From assembly GCA_047495785.1 (NCBI GenBank), contig JBLDXI010000001.1, positions 1,488,001-1,552,000 on the forward strand: 64,000 bases of DNA, written 5' to 3'. The first letter of the stretch is position 1. Every line of letters starts with the position of its first letter. This DNA comes from Lepidodermella squamata. Its lineage: Eukaryota; Animalia; Gastrotricha. Positions 22,386-34,442 of this stretch are shown piece by piece. The notes beneath the pieces were generated by a model. That model was not told the DNA's origin and searched no databases. It was given only the letters and a program-made list of their open reading frames with translations. Made by a program: the position numbers and the translations under genes.

Positions 22386-23291
22386 ATGGCCGAGAGGAAA
22401 TCTCAGCAGAAATGGTATCCCGTTGATTGGGATCCTAAACATGGATCGGTCAACAAGTTTCAAGGCAGCCATCCGTTGCGCGAACGCGCGAAAAAAATTG
22501 ACCAGGGAATTTTGGTCATCCGTATCGAAATGCCATTTAATGCTTGGTGCTTGAAATGCAACAACCATATAGGCATGGGCGTTCGTTATAATGCCGAGAA
22601 AACAAAAGTTGGCATGTACCATTCTACTCCGATTCTACAATTCAAGCTCAAGTGTCACTTATGCGACAACATTATGATACTACAAACTGACCCTGAAAAT
22701 CGAGACTATGTCTTTATCAGCGGTGGCAAACGGAAAGAACAGCGTTGGGATGCCGAGGACAACGGGCAGATCGCTCCGATGGATCGCGAGGATCACCGAC
22801 GTTTAGAGTCTGATGCAATGTTTCGGTTGGAGCACAATGCTAATGATGTGGCGAAACTCGCAGCAGCGGAGCCGACTTTTTCGGAAACAATGACCCTTCA
22901 AAACGAGCGCGATCGAGACGATTGCGAAATGAATCGAGCTCTTCGAACACAGCTTCGTGAGATGCGAAAAGCTGCCTCAGAAACTACTGCTAATGGAGGG
23001 ATAAAGCTACTTCCTGCTTCAGATAACGATCGAAATCAAGCCGCCTTAATTCGAGCTATCGCAACTAAATCACTCAGTTCAAAATCTAAGGAATCACGCT
23101 TCGCGAGAACTTTGGCTTTGGTTCGGAGAAACAAAGCAATTTCAAAACCTTTGTCATCGAATAAGTCTCTTCACGTGCTTTCTGTACGGAGTGATTTAGT
23201 GAAGAAAGTTGAAGACACTCCATCTTCGTCCACCACTCGATCTTCTTTACCTCTTGTCGCTGATTACGATTCCAGCGGAGAAAGCGACTAA
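22386..23291 (+). CDS. YJU2B: YJU2B/CCDC130 splicing factor
   Basis: MAERK...HPLRERAKKIDQGILVIRIEMPFNAWCLKCNNHIGMGVRYNAEK...KCHLC. Confidence 0.93.
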   Translation: MAERKSQQKWYPVDWDPKHGSVNKFQGSHPLRERAKKIDQGILVIRIEMPFNAWCLKCNNHIGMGVRYNAEKTKVGMYHSTPILQFKLKCHLCDNIMILQTDPENRDYVFISGGKRKEQRWDAEDNGQIAPMDREDHRRLESDAMFRLEHNANDVAKLAAAEPTFSETMTLQNERDRDDCEMNRALRTQLREMRKAASETTANGGIKLLPASDNDRNQAALIRAIATKSLSSKSKESRFARTLALVRRNKAISKPLSSNKSLHVLSVRSDLVKKVEDTPSSSTTRSSLPLVADYDSSGESD

Positions 23292-23370
23292 ATATAATAT
23301 TTAAAATAAATTTTTACAGTCTCAAAACATATTTTACCTTGTTAGGGAATTATATTGAAGTATTTGAAAA

Positions 23371-23706
23371 ATGGAAGGAGGCAAAGACGTCCGTCGTCCG
23401 AATCGTATATTCCGTTTCAAGCCGTCTTACACTGTCAACGGAAATGGCGAGAAGCAGCCGGGTAATCTGGAAGACCCACTGCCGGAATATATGCATTTCA
23501 TCGGCATGCTGTTTTCGATGTTTGGCCTCATGATGAAACATAAGTTCTGCGCCTGGTGCGCAGTTCTCTGCTCGTTGGTCGGGTTCGCGAATTCTCGAGC
23601 CAGCGACGATGGGAAACAAGTCCTGTCAAGCTTTATGCTTTCGATTGCTGCAATCGTCATGTGCTACGTCCAAAACCCGGCTCCAATGAGCTTGCCCTGG
23701 GCATAG
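23371..23706 (+). CDS. WDR83OS: Asterix / PAT complex subunit
   Basis: [53 protein letters not shown]. Confidence 0.93.
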   Translation: MEGGKDVRRPNRIFRFKPSYTVNGNGEKQPGNLEDPLPEYMHFIGMLFSMFGLMMKHKFCAWCAVLCSLVGFANSRASDDGKQVLSSFMLSIAAIVMCYVQNPAPMSLPWA

Positions 23707-23912
23707 AACATTGAATCTAAAACGAAAATTTACTGTTTTAGTAAAACTATCATAAAATCTTGTCGTGTGCAAACAGGCTAAAATAAGCCCACTTAAAATA
23801 ATTGTCGTTTCGACTAAAATATTTGAAGCGTGCTCACAATTTCAATTAAACAGTTGTTCAAATGTTTTTATTTTATTTTCTTAGATGATTTAGTGAATTT
23901 ATTTCGGAAAAA

Positions 23913-25457
23913 ATGCCAGTTATTCGCCGATTCAAGCCTACAATCGGCGGGGCGGCGGCGCCCGCTGGTGGCAACGACCACCCCCAGCCAGCTGCTAATG
24001 TTCCATCCGTTTCTGGAGCCGGAAATCCCGCGACTTCTCACGCGGAACATCATCATCACCACCACCACCAGCATCACCATCATCATCAATCGACTTCGGT
24101 TACAGTGCCAACGCCGAAGGAACCAGAGCCGCTGATTGCATCCCCAAATCCAGACGCTCAACGGAAGCGACCGACTTCGATCTCACTTTCCGTCTCTCAC
24201 GGTAGTCAACACTCGTCGCCAGCCGCTCATCTTCCGACCCCATCACCGCTTCCAACGAGCAGCAACAGCAAAACTGTTGAGAGCGAGGTCACTTCGGAAA
24301 ATGCGACCGTCCTACCTGTTAATCAGCTTGAATCATCATCATCATCATCTGCTCTATCAGAAGGCCTGAAAATTCGGCGTGCTCATCAGGAAAATCTCAT
24401 TGTCAGTGACAATCATTCAGAGAAACCAAGTAACGAAAAACCAGTCCAGCGACCTCCTTCTCCATCTTGTTCATCCGTCTCCAATTCTCGGGCGTCATCG
24501 CCAACCCCATCTATTGCCTGTAGTACGACTTCTTCAGTTTTCGGCAAGTCATCAAAGCGCCGCAGTTTACTCGCTAAACCCATCGAATTGCCAAATAAGG
24601 ATGAAATAGTGCCGGAAAAACTTAAAATGCGAGATTTTCTGCTGTTTAACCCCGATGGATCGCCCATGCGATGGCGGCGTCAAGAACAGCAGATTGCCCA
24701 GCAGCCGGATGAGGAATTACCGTTGAAAAACCGGTTGCGCGGAAATATGTCGCCACCCCCTCCGCCTCCAGCGGCCCCGTCTGGAACGCCGCGAGTCCGT
24801 CTCGGCGAGTCGGGCGAGGCGATTATCAACGAGGAATCACTTGTTATCGATACGATGGGCAACCGACCCGATCCGAACACTGTTTCGCGGGTCGGAGCTG
24901 TTCATGAAGAGCTCGAATCAACAACGACGTACACGACGTACGCCCGATACCGTCTAAAGGGCAGGGCCAAGGGCAAAAAGTGGTCAAAGGAAGAAACTGC
25001 GCGATTTTTTGTCGCTCTTCGTTGTTGCGGTCTAGATTTTTCTATGATTTCTAAATTCTTCCCAGACCGTGATCAGCGGGAACTTCGAAATAAGTTCAAA
25101 GCTGAGGATAAACGTGACCCTGACGTTGTCACGCGATTTTTGACCGGAGGCGGGGATGACGATATGGGAAACTACGACCCGCTGGCTTTGTTAGCTACCT
25201 CATCGACCTGCGGTCTTGATTCAAAAAAGCGGGAAAAGAAACCGAAACGGCCACCGCCAACGGGTAATTCGAATCGCGGCGAGGGCCTACCTCGAGGCCG
25301 CGGTAGTAAAGTCAATCTGACCATGGGTGAAGACTCGGTCAGCTCAGATAGCGGCGAGGGGTCTGACCCTGAGCCAGTTGAGGAAGAAATTGGTCAGAAA
25401 AAACGACGTCTCGTCATTTCCGAATCATCTGATTCCACCGAACGTGAAACTGTGTGA
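23913..25457 (+). CDS. BDP1: TFIIIB subunit B'' (Bdp1) homolog
   Basis: MRDFLLFNP, PRVRL..SGEAIINEESLV, SANT KWSKEETARFFVAL...DFSMISKFFPDRD...KFKAEDK. Confidence 0.88.
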   Translation: MPVIRRFKPTIGGAAAPAGGNDHPQPAANVPSVSGAGNPATSHAEHHHHHHHQHHHHHQSTSVTVPTPKEPEPLIASPNPDAQRKRPTSISLSVSHGSQHSSPAAHLPTPSPLPTSSNSKTVESEVTSENATVLPVNQLESSSSSSALSEGLKIRRAHQENLIVSDNHSEKPSNEKPVQRPPSPSCSSVSNSRASSPTPSIACSTTSSVFGKSSKRRSLLAKPIELPNKDEIVPEKLKMRDFLLFNPDGSPMRWRRQEQQIAQQPDEELPLKNRLRGNMSPPPPPPAAPSGTPRVRLGESGEAIINEESLVIDTMGNRPDPNTVSRVGAVHEELESTTTYTTYARYRLKGRAKGKKWSKEETARFFVALRCCGLDFSMISKFFPDRDQRELRNKFKAEDKRDPDVVTRFLTGGGDDDMGNYDPLALLATSSTCGLDSKKREKKPKRPPPTGNSNRGEGLPRGRGSKVNLTMGEDSVSSDSGEGSDPEPVEEEIGQKKRRLVISESSDSTERETV

Positions 25458-25956
25458 AAACCATTCCTGCTAACAACAGGACCTAAGCAATAACGGTCAG
25501 GTTAAATTTTTCGCATGAAACATGAAAATGATTTTATATTTAATTATACACAGAAAATTCTAGTGAGGCAATTGTATTGATAGTTCACTTCTCCGTTATT
25601 GTTTTTGTGAAGCATATTATGGATGATGACACGCTCAATTGTTTTTTGTGTGAGAAATTTCCCTCATCCGATGTCGCTTATTTCGAAGCTTCTTCTGGTG
25701 CATGTGCGTTCTTCTCTCGTTTCTGGTTGAGGCACCTACGCGACGCTGCTTAACTTCTCCGTATTCGGTGATTGATATAAACAAAAAACATATGGCTTAA
25801 TTGAAAGCAAGTGCCGAATAGCCCTGCTATTCAAAAATTTTGAAGATTGAAAACCCGTAAAAACCAATATAAGCAATTTTATAATAAATTTAATATTAAA
25901 ACGAGTTTTCTTTTAATTTTAGGAATTTAATAGTTTATTCCATTTTTATCCCGGCG

Positions 25957-27233
25957 ATGGAGTTCTGGCTTATTAGTATTCCTGGTGACAAAACGCCTGA
26001 GCAGGCGTTCAATAAATTGGACCAAGCCACTAACCGCGAAAACCAGTTGTCGACGAATTTCAAGTTCCACATTCCGGAACTGAAAGTCGGCACCCTCGAT
26101 GAGTTGGTTCGTCTCTCCGATGAATTGGCTAAACTGGACAGTTATTGCGAGAGCGTTGTTGTCAAGCTGTCTCACTACCTCGCCGAAGTCATGGAAAGCA
26201 GTGCTGATTTGATTCGCGAGAATTTGAAGGCGAATGACAAGGATTTGGCGACATACTTGATGCAATTTCACTGGGACGCGGCCAAATACCCGGTGAAACA
26301 CTCGCTGCGAAATTTGACCGAGATCATCAGCAAGCAAGAGACTGCGATTGAAGGCGAACTCAAGACGAAAGCTTCAGCGTACAATTCGCTCAAGAACAAC
26401 CTGCAGTCGTTGCAACGCAGGCAGACTGGTAGCTTGTTGACCCGAAATCTGCATGATATTGTCAAGAAGGAAAATTTCGTCCTTGGATCTGACTACTTGA
26501 CCACGCTTGTTGTCGTCGTTCCCAAGGCCTATTACAATGACTGGTATGCCAAGTATCAGACTTTGACAGATATGGTCGTTCCCGGTTCGACTGAGTAAGC
26601 GCATAGTGTCGAATTTCAATTCACGGAATTTAACTTTATTTAAATTTAGGCATATTCATGAGGATGGCGAAAACGGTCTTTTCACCGTTACACTATTCCA
26701 TAAAGTCGTTGATGAGTACAAACACAAGTGCCGTGAAAACAAGTAAAATTCTAAAGCGAAATCGAAAACGTTTTAAGGAGGATGTTTTTATTTTCAGATT
26801 TGTCGTGCGAGATTTCACGTACAATGAGCAGGAGATGGAGCAGAGCAAGAATGAAATCAAGAAGCTGTCCATGGACAAGGAAAAGCAATATAAACCGCTG
26901 TTCATGTGGCTCAAAGTGAACTTCAGCGAGGCGTTCACCGGCTGGGCTCACGTCAAAGCCCTGCGAATCTTCGTCGAATCCGTCCTTCGCTACGGCCTAC
27001 CGGTCAATTTTCAGGGCGCGTTGATGTGCCCGCAGAAGAAGTCGATGAAGAGGTTAAAGGAAGTGCTGAATCACCTCTACGCCCATCTTGACACTGCCGG
27101 CGGTGATTCGCATGGCGCCGATGGCTTTGACATGCCTGGCGTCGTCCCCGGTCTCGGTCAAGAATACTACCCATACGTTCACACCAAGATTACCTTCGAA
27201 TACCCTGCCGCGGCCCGATCCTTCGATAATTAA
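25957..27233 (+). CDS. ATP6V1C: V-type ATPase subunit C; introns 26595-26649, 26743-26797
   Basis: [53 protein letters not shown]. Confidence 0.97.
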
Positions 27234-29987
27234 TTCTTTAGCTGGGAAACGCTAGAATAACTTCGATCATGATTCCGTGCAAGTAGAAGTTTGTTGGCAT
27301 TTTCTTGGCCTATGATTTTTCACTCGCTCGTGCACTAGACATTATTATAATTATCAATAGCGATCGGTCTATTTTTATTGTTAGAATATAAACTATCTTG
27401 CACGTTGTAAGTGCAATCGTCGTCAAAATATCTTCATTTTTTATGACAGTTTTTGCGAGGCTTCAAACAAATCTTTCTTACTGATAGTTCGCACGGTGAT
27501 CGCGCAATATTTCTGCAAGCTTGTAATTTAAACAATACTTGAATAAATTCTAAATTGACGTCGAAGTATTCGATTAATACTTTTGCCTTTTTGAGCCATA
27601 TTTGCTTGGCCAGAAATCATGGTGAGATCGTATATATAAACTGTAATGACAAATACATCGAATAATATATTTTTGAAAGTTATAGCTAAATTCTCGACGC
27701 CTGGTCTCTTTTCTTCTTCAATCATATGTGACTACTTTTCGTAGTTCGCGTTGTGTAATTCTTCTGGTGCCTCCATGTGATTTAGCTGTAGAAAGGATAT
27801 ACTTCTAGCTTTATTTCCGGTGTAAGTACGCATTACTGCGTATTTTCTTGGCCCCGTTAATCTTTGATTCAAGAGCCACGATTCACAATACTGTAGTTGT
27901 TACTTTGCCTCCTAATTGTATTTCAATCATAATTTAGAAGTAAATATGCAAATACGGCTAGACCCTGTCTTTTCATGTCTTGTGATGCTATACGTAAACT
28001 AAAGTTTTATTTGTATCTTTGTCTTTTCTCTCAATTAAATTATTTGATGATAGTCGATCGAGTGAATCACATTTCAAAATCGCAACAAAATCACAAATCA
28101 TTTCTACGATAGTATTGCGTATTACCTATGATATGTAAAAATTGTACCTGTTATTCTTTGATAATTCTCTATTGCGCAGAGCAGATGCCTATATATTGAA
28201 AATAATCGTCATGTTTTAGCATGCTTGTCCTTTACATTTGCTGGATGTTCAATGTTTCGCATTGATTTGCAATGAAATTATTGTTTTACGTTCCAAAGAG
28301 TTATTAATTTAATTTTTGTCTTCATTATCAGTGTAATGTGTACCATTCTTCTTCCGCGAAAATAAAGTGAAACATGTCAGCTATTGAATTTCTGCATTAA
28401 ATCGAAAGCGAAAGAAGAAAGCGGAAATGAGTTATATTTTTCGAGAATATCGGTGAAATGGTTCGTGCGGCTGATTTAGGGATGGTATCAGCTGATTCTA
28501 TTGTAAGCCGCCGAGCTGACGGGACAATGCAGCAAGTGTTTTTTTTAAATATCATGTTTTATTTGGGTTCGAGTACGGACGGTACTTCTTTCCGCAGCAA
28601 ATTCATTTTATTCAATCATGGACACCAGGCCATGTTTGATGAGAAGTTATTCTTGATGCCAGTTGATAGCGTGATTCGAGGGCTATCGTTTGGCACTAAT
28701 TTTGCCGAGTGATCCCTCGTCAAAGTTTCACCAATAGGGCGATTTGTGAAACAAAGGTAAGATGTCTTCAGAATTTCCATCATATCCCCAAAATCAAGGA
28801 TGATAAAGTTGCCTGCCCAGGGCTCAGTAATCGGTAACAATTTTACACTGTAAACGTGATTCTCCGAGCGGTCGCCGAAATATTCCCGAATTTCGATAAG
28901 TTTCTAACATGTTTTTATTGCTGTCCTTGATAATGAAACAATGCAGCTCGATTTTAGGAATCCACCTTTGAAATTTCTCGGACTTTCTAACAATTCTTCC
29001 GAAATATTATGGTATTATGTAATGATGGATTCGTAGATCGTATAATTGGGATTAGAATTTAGGCAAATTGCTAGGATTTTGAATTAATATTGCTAATCGA
29101 TTTGCGTATATGGCCTCGTACTAATGGAGAATCGGGGATTTCAAATTACGGGTATTTATTTTGGCGAATGTACTAGAAGCTGAACTTAAAACCAGCCGGT
29201 ATGATCCCGGTGTAGCCTCTTAAACTCATTTAACGTCGGTGATAGGCACTGAAATGCTCTGCTAAATTATTATTAATTATTCAAAGTCTTGATGGGAAGA
29301 AGATTACTGTCAAAATGTTGTTTTTTTGCCAAACAGGATAAAGCTACCATCAGATGGCGCTAAGCTATGACCCGACCCATTGGGCTTTTCTTCGCGAAGC
29401 AGACATCTAAAAAGACATAGATTAGTTAGCAGGATACGAGAATCTGACTAGCCAAAGACGAACACAATGAAAAACAATTATTTGGGTAGAAAACTGAGGC
29501 TGAAGATACGGATTCAGCAATGCAAAAGTGCTAATCGCAAAGAAGGGACGACAGCGCCACAATTTGTTGTCTGAAAAGAGTTGGGCGAGGAAACGTCTGA
29601 AAGGAGCGTCGGCGAGAGACGGGAGGTGGATTAACCCAGTCTCGCCCGAAATTGGTGAGCCGGCCCTCCAGGGCCAGAACTGAGACGCGGTTCCTGTAAA
29701 ATTTCCTATTCATAAAAAACAACAACGCGTTGCAAATTAAATAAAATACTCTTAACGATAGGAAGAGACTTTGCGCCATCAATCCAACAATGCTTTTCCG
29801 TGAGTTTCTGATTGGGATAACACCAGATGTCGCGCCTTTTCAGTTCACTTGAGCAGGATAGGAATATTTAATGATCTCCAATTTGTCCCTGGTCCCTTTC
29901 GGGTGGCAGTAACATTAATCGAGGCCCATCCGATGGACGGGACCTTTATCATTTAGAGTCGGTCTTGGAATAGCGGCTACGTGAGAC

Positions 29988-29995
29988 TATATAAA
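29988..29995 (+). promoter_or_regulatory. TATA box of cdc25
   Basis: TATATAAA about 35 nt upstream of an Inr-like TCATT (30023) and about 100 nt upstream of the ATG. Confidence 0.5.
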
Positions 29996-30092
29996 CCACA
30001 ACGAGATGGCAGTTAAATTGAATCATTGCATTCACGCAATTCAATTAAATAACAAGCTTTTACCACTTATTCACTCTCATCTTCAATTCGAA

Positions 30093-31011
30093 ATGGCCAC
30101 TCAAACTCAACAAGAAGTTTGCGCCATGCTGCAATCGAACGCCTTGCTGTCGATCATTTCGAACGCGGCTCTGCTCGGCTCGATGGCGAATCTTTCGCTC
30201 GAGAACTCGATTTCGCAAGACCAGTTCGAAGAGCCTAAACACCAGGTGAGCATCAATTCCTTGAAAATTTATAAATCACCACAAAGTAAATTATTATTCA
30301 ATTTTATTAATATTTTGTTCTATCTTTCAGACTCTTCTTCCTTGCTCGCCCGAGAAAAGCCTAGTCGCCATCAAGCCGCAAGTTCTAGTCGATCTGATGG
30401 ATGGCAAGTTCGCCGGCTGTGTCGACACGTTCGAAATCGCCGACTGCCGCTACCCGTTCGAGTACGACGGTGGTCACATTCGCAATGCCGTCAACACCCC
30501 GCTGATGTCTCAGGTCGAAACGGTGTTCCCGATCACCGGCCAGCCTGGCCACAACCAGCGCCGTGTTCTCATCTTCCACTGCGAGTTCAGCAGCCAGCGC
30601 GGCCCGGCGATGCTGCGTCGTTTTCGCAAGGCCGATCGCGATCGCAACAAGGCCAACTACCCGAGGCTGGACTACCCGGAGGTGTACCTGCTCGAGGGCG
30701 GCTACAAGGCGTTCATCGAGTACTGCGAAGTCAACGGCCGCTTCGACTTGCTGTCGACGCCCAACCAGCCGACACTCGAATCGCGCCGCAGCTATTACGT
30801 AACCATGCGTGACGCTGCTTTTCACGCTCAAGAACGCAGTTGGCGCCGAGCTGTCGACAATGACCGAGCTTCTTCGTCATCGTCTACCTCGAGCAATGTC
30901 GATGCAACACCGCCGAGCAAGCGATCTTCGACTACCGGCAAACTCGGTCTTCGCAGCCGCGTCGGCGGTCTGTTGCCTAAACGTCGTCTCGACCTTGAAA
31001 TCGAGGTGTAA
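30093..31011 (+). CDS. CDC25: Cdc25/String M-phase inducer phosphatase (short form); intron 30246-30330
   Basis: DCRYPFEYDGGHI, IFHCEFSSQRGP catalytic motif, DRDRN..YPRLDYPEVYLLEGGY. Confidence 0.95.
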
Positions 31012-31249
31012 ATAACTCTTGTAAAGTTCATCTCTATCTTTATCCGTTATGACTGCCACCTGGCAAAATTTTATGTTTTTATTTTATGGTTCTTAAAGTT
31101 TATAACGAAGAAGTAAAATTAAATTTCGAATAGAAAGGCTTTTTTCTTGTAAATGAATACCGCTAAGCCAATATACTTTTATTACAGCAACATTTTTACG
31201 ACAGTGTGCAGTCAGTTCAGCTTTATGGTCTAAAACCACTTTTTGTTGA

Positions 31250-33589
31250 TCAGATGGTCTCCGGGGTTATAGTGATTGAGATCTGCCTGCGATAGTGGGC
31301 TCGCATTTTCTTGAGAACCTCAACTATCACGGGAAGCAGGAAGCAGAGGCAGAAATTCACCGAGAGTAGGACGAAGCCAATAGTTGCAATGATGCCCTTC
31401 CAATAGACCATTTCCAAATCATCCGGGGTAGAAACAAACACGATAGATATGACAACAAGAATCACGAATGAGTTGATTGCGGACGCCGAAACAGCCCGCC
31501 GCCACAGGACCAGGCAATTCGGCACATCCTTATGCATTTTCGGGGTGAGTTCGAGATGAAGAGCTATCAAAAACGCGGCGAATAGCAATGCCCCATGAAC
31601 TACCGTAATTCCAGCTAGCCATTTATGCTGATGGTCGGAATGGCAATACAAAGTCCTCTCGATGTAGTACTCGTCGCCAGTTGGGTTGTACTTCAAATGC
31701 GAGTCGTATTTGGCGACTTCAAGATGGTCGTTGGTACCGCCAAACCAAATCAGAAGCACAACCACAGTCGTGGCGACCGATACTGAGGATGGGACCCAGA
31801 CTAGCAATTTATCGGACAGTCTTTCGATAGCCAAATTGCAGACCTCAATGGGCCAGATTCTCGGAGTTAGGTGGTCCTTTTTAGACGCAATTAATTGTTC
31901 CTTAGCCATTCGCCTCATTCCTGTAATCACGACAAATACCAAAATCGATTGAGTGAAAATTTGGCTGGTGATGAAGCAAGGTCCTATAGTTCCCTCAATT
32001 ACCCTGGCATAGCAAAGGTAACCCGGCAAGGTTCCGTCCCGGTTTAAAGCGTAGATAGATGCAGCACACATTGTTACCAAACTTCCTATAGCAGTGTTGA
32101 TCAAAGTCGGCAACATAGGCCAAGACCGCGATCCTTCGAACGGTTTGTAATCACAATGGAAAGATCCGACGATGAAAGTGACCACCATAAACGCGAGGAC
32201 GAGAACTGCAGCGGCTACGACGATTGAGAAGAACGCTAAAGGGGGTTTAGTAAGCACCACATTGATCTTGGACAAGTCATTCGGAGGAAGCTTCCTACAA
32301 CCAGGGTTCCAGTCGATTTGCTGGCCAAGGTTTACAACATCATAGCTGGCCATAGCCAAGATTTCTTGCGTTTTCATGCTAATTCTGTACAATGGCTTAA
32401 TTTCGGATCCGTTCGAAGTTATTTGAGCTACCCAAATCGGGGCCTGGTCATTACTCTGTCGGTTGGAGTATCTAACCGGGCCTAATAGACCGATAAAACT
32501 ACTTGAAGAGGCTGACTTTATCATTGTCTCCATTATCAATGTCGGCTTGCTGTCGAAATCTTTGAGGCTTGAGTTCCACTGCCGATTCAATATTTCTTCA
32601 GTTCTGCTGAGAGAAAAAATGGCTTGAAGCATAGAGTCGTGGCAATTCAACCGTTCATCGAAATCTTGGGTTTTTGTTCGATTTAGAGCCGTTGAAAGCT
32701 GATAGCTGAATTCTTCATACCCGTAACCGAGTTCCGTTTGTTGGGAAGCCACGTCGTCCTGTTGAATGCCATAGCCTAACCAGAATGCGTTCCTCATCTG
32801 CTCAATAACAATCGTCCTAGAACAGGGCAATGTGACTTTGTCCAGCTTGACTTTTGACGCTGATATTGGAATAAGGTAGACGAATTCAGGCCCGTAAACG
32901 CCCTGGTTATAGGCTCGGCACCAAAACTCAACAACACCAGATAAGTCCAAAGTTGCTACTACAATGACCCTGACGTTATTCATGATAATAGCTTTGATTT
33001 GTTGATCATCGAATTTCGCTTGATTCGAGTAATACGCAACAGTCATTACGCCGGAATCTGCTATCTTCGATAGAATTTCAGCTTTTTGTTGGGGTAGATT
33101 GCCGACTATACCAATTCTTCGCCACTGAATCTCATCTCGAGCGAACTTGAAAACAGCAGCCATAGTTACGTCGATTGGAGCAGAGGTTCGAAAGTTCGAA
33201 GTTCTAGGCTGGGCGATGAAATTGCTATCCATTGAAAACTGCGATAGCTTATAGGCCTGAATCAAACGTGAGAACGTTGGATTCTCATTGTTAGGTCCAA
33301 CAACAGCTGGGGCGATTTCGCTTTTAGGATATCGAGCCATGAAATCAATCAGGTAATCGGTTTCGTTCAGCCCTTGCTTTCCGAAAATTGGCTTCAACTT
33401 GTAACCGGGTAGAATCGATGAATTTTTGTTAGCCTCCTCAATAGCCAGCTGCATAGCCAAGGAGCATGCTGTTTTAGAGGCATCTTGAGCTTCTTCGGCC
33501 TCGACGTAAGCCAAAATATGCAAATTTTGCTCCGCTGCTAACGTTGCATGGAGGCAAATCGAAGCGAGAAACAGGGCTTTAGTGGACAT
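31250..33589 (-). CDS. Class C GPCR, GABA-B-like and divergent, intronless
   Basis: Signal peptide, LAIEEAN...ILPGYKL, WRRIGIV, VRVIV, FWCRAYNQGVYGPEFVY (Venus flytrap), F.GLLGPV, PPND, then multiple TM helices. Confidence 0.8.
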   Translation of the reverse strand: MSTKALFLASICLHATLAAEQNLHILAYVEAEEAQDASKTACSLAMQLAIEEANKNSSILPGYKLKPIFGKQGLNETDYLIDFMARYPKSEIAPAVVGPNNENPTFSRLIQAYKLSQFSMDSNFIAQPRTSNFRTSAPIDVTMAAVFKFARDEIQWRRIGIVGNLPQQKAEILSKIADSGVMTVAYYSNQAKFDDQQIKAIIMNNVRVIVVATLDLSGVVEFWCRAYNQGVYGPEFVYLIPISASKVKLDKVTLPCSRTIVIEQMRNAFWLGYGIQQDDVASQQTELGYGYEEFSYQLSTALNRTKTQDFDERLNCHDSMLQAIFSLSRTEEILNRQWNSSLKDFDSKPTLIMETMIKSASSSSFIGLLGPVRYSNRQSNDQAPIWVAQITSNGSEIKPLYRISMKTQEILAMASYDVVNLGQQIDWNPGCRKLPPNDLSKINVVLTKPPLAFFSIVVAAAVLVLAFMVVTFIVGSFHCDYKPFEGSRSWPMLPTLINTAIGSLVTMCAASIYALNRDGTLPGYLCYARVIEGTIGPCFITSQIFTQSILVFVVITGMRRMAKEQLIASKKDHLTPRIWPIEVCNLAIERLSDKLLVWVPSSVSVATTVVVLLIWFGGTNDHLEVAKYDSHLKYNPTGDEYYIERTLYCHSDHQHKWLAGITVVHGALLFAAFLIALHLELTPKMHKDVPNCLVLWRRAVSASAINSFVILVVISIVFVSTPDDLEMVYWKGIIATIGFVLLSVNFCLCFLLPVIVEVLKKMRAHYRRQISITITPETI

Positions 33590-34442
33590 TTTTTTTATAA
33601 AAATGATAGTTTAAGTTCTCAGACCGGTCGAATCCGTTAAGACAAAAATTTGCTCAACCCTTGATGTCGATGTCAATAACCATCTTTCTGTACCTTCGCT
33701 TGAAATGCCAAAAAACAAACATTGTAATTTAATTGATATAATTTACTTTGGGATATTTTGAGCGAAAATGCGGGCAAATGATAGTCATAGAGGGTGACGT
33801 AGACCCGTTTATAGTTAAATAGGTAGGTGTCGTCATAAGTTGACCAAAATCAAATTAAATCTTATAATGTTAAGGGATTATCCTGTTTCAGAACTCGGTA
33901 TAATCGCCTAGCTGCTAACCTAAGATCCATTTTACCTTCGTCCCTCCATTTTACCATCCATCCTTGGATGAACATCGGTTTTCCCCGGCCGTCTAGCCCC
34001 TTCATCTAGCAACTGTAGAATTCCAGTGATGTCCGTTTCGATATTTTCCTGCAGGAATAAGAGAAGCTCCTGCATGAGCGTAACTATCGAGCTCCTCGCC
34101 AATCGCGGAAACCAATCACGGCTAAACGACTTAAGTTCGACTATTCACCTCGAGTTTTCGTGCCATCACTGGCTGCTGATATTTCCAAGCCTATAACAGC
34201 TCTACTGTCACCGGCTTTTGATATGAAAAAAAACATGTAAAAACGGGGCGACATGAGCTCGTGCGTCATAGAAGAAGAAATTTCCGCGTAACACCTCAAT
34301 CACGTGACGGCTATTTTGCACGACGAAAAAAGCGACGCGACGGCAACAATAATTTGATCAATAATCTGTCAATCACCATGTTTATTTAATGAAAAATCTA
34401 CTTGATCTGAGATGATAAAAAAGCTATTGAATAGAGTGGTTT

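Noticed and set aside
5259-23706. RAB5IF and Asterix (both multipass-translocon factors) within 18 kb as a functional cluster
   Set aside because: Separated by many unrelated genes; chance is sufficient
27470-29800. Short ORFs between ATP6V1C and cdc25
   Set aside because: No recognisable motifs and no consistent exon chain could be built
30006-30812. 268-aa ORF overlapping cdc25
   Set aside because: Exon 1 read through the intron into an alternative frame of a GC-rich exon
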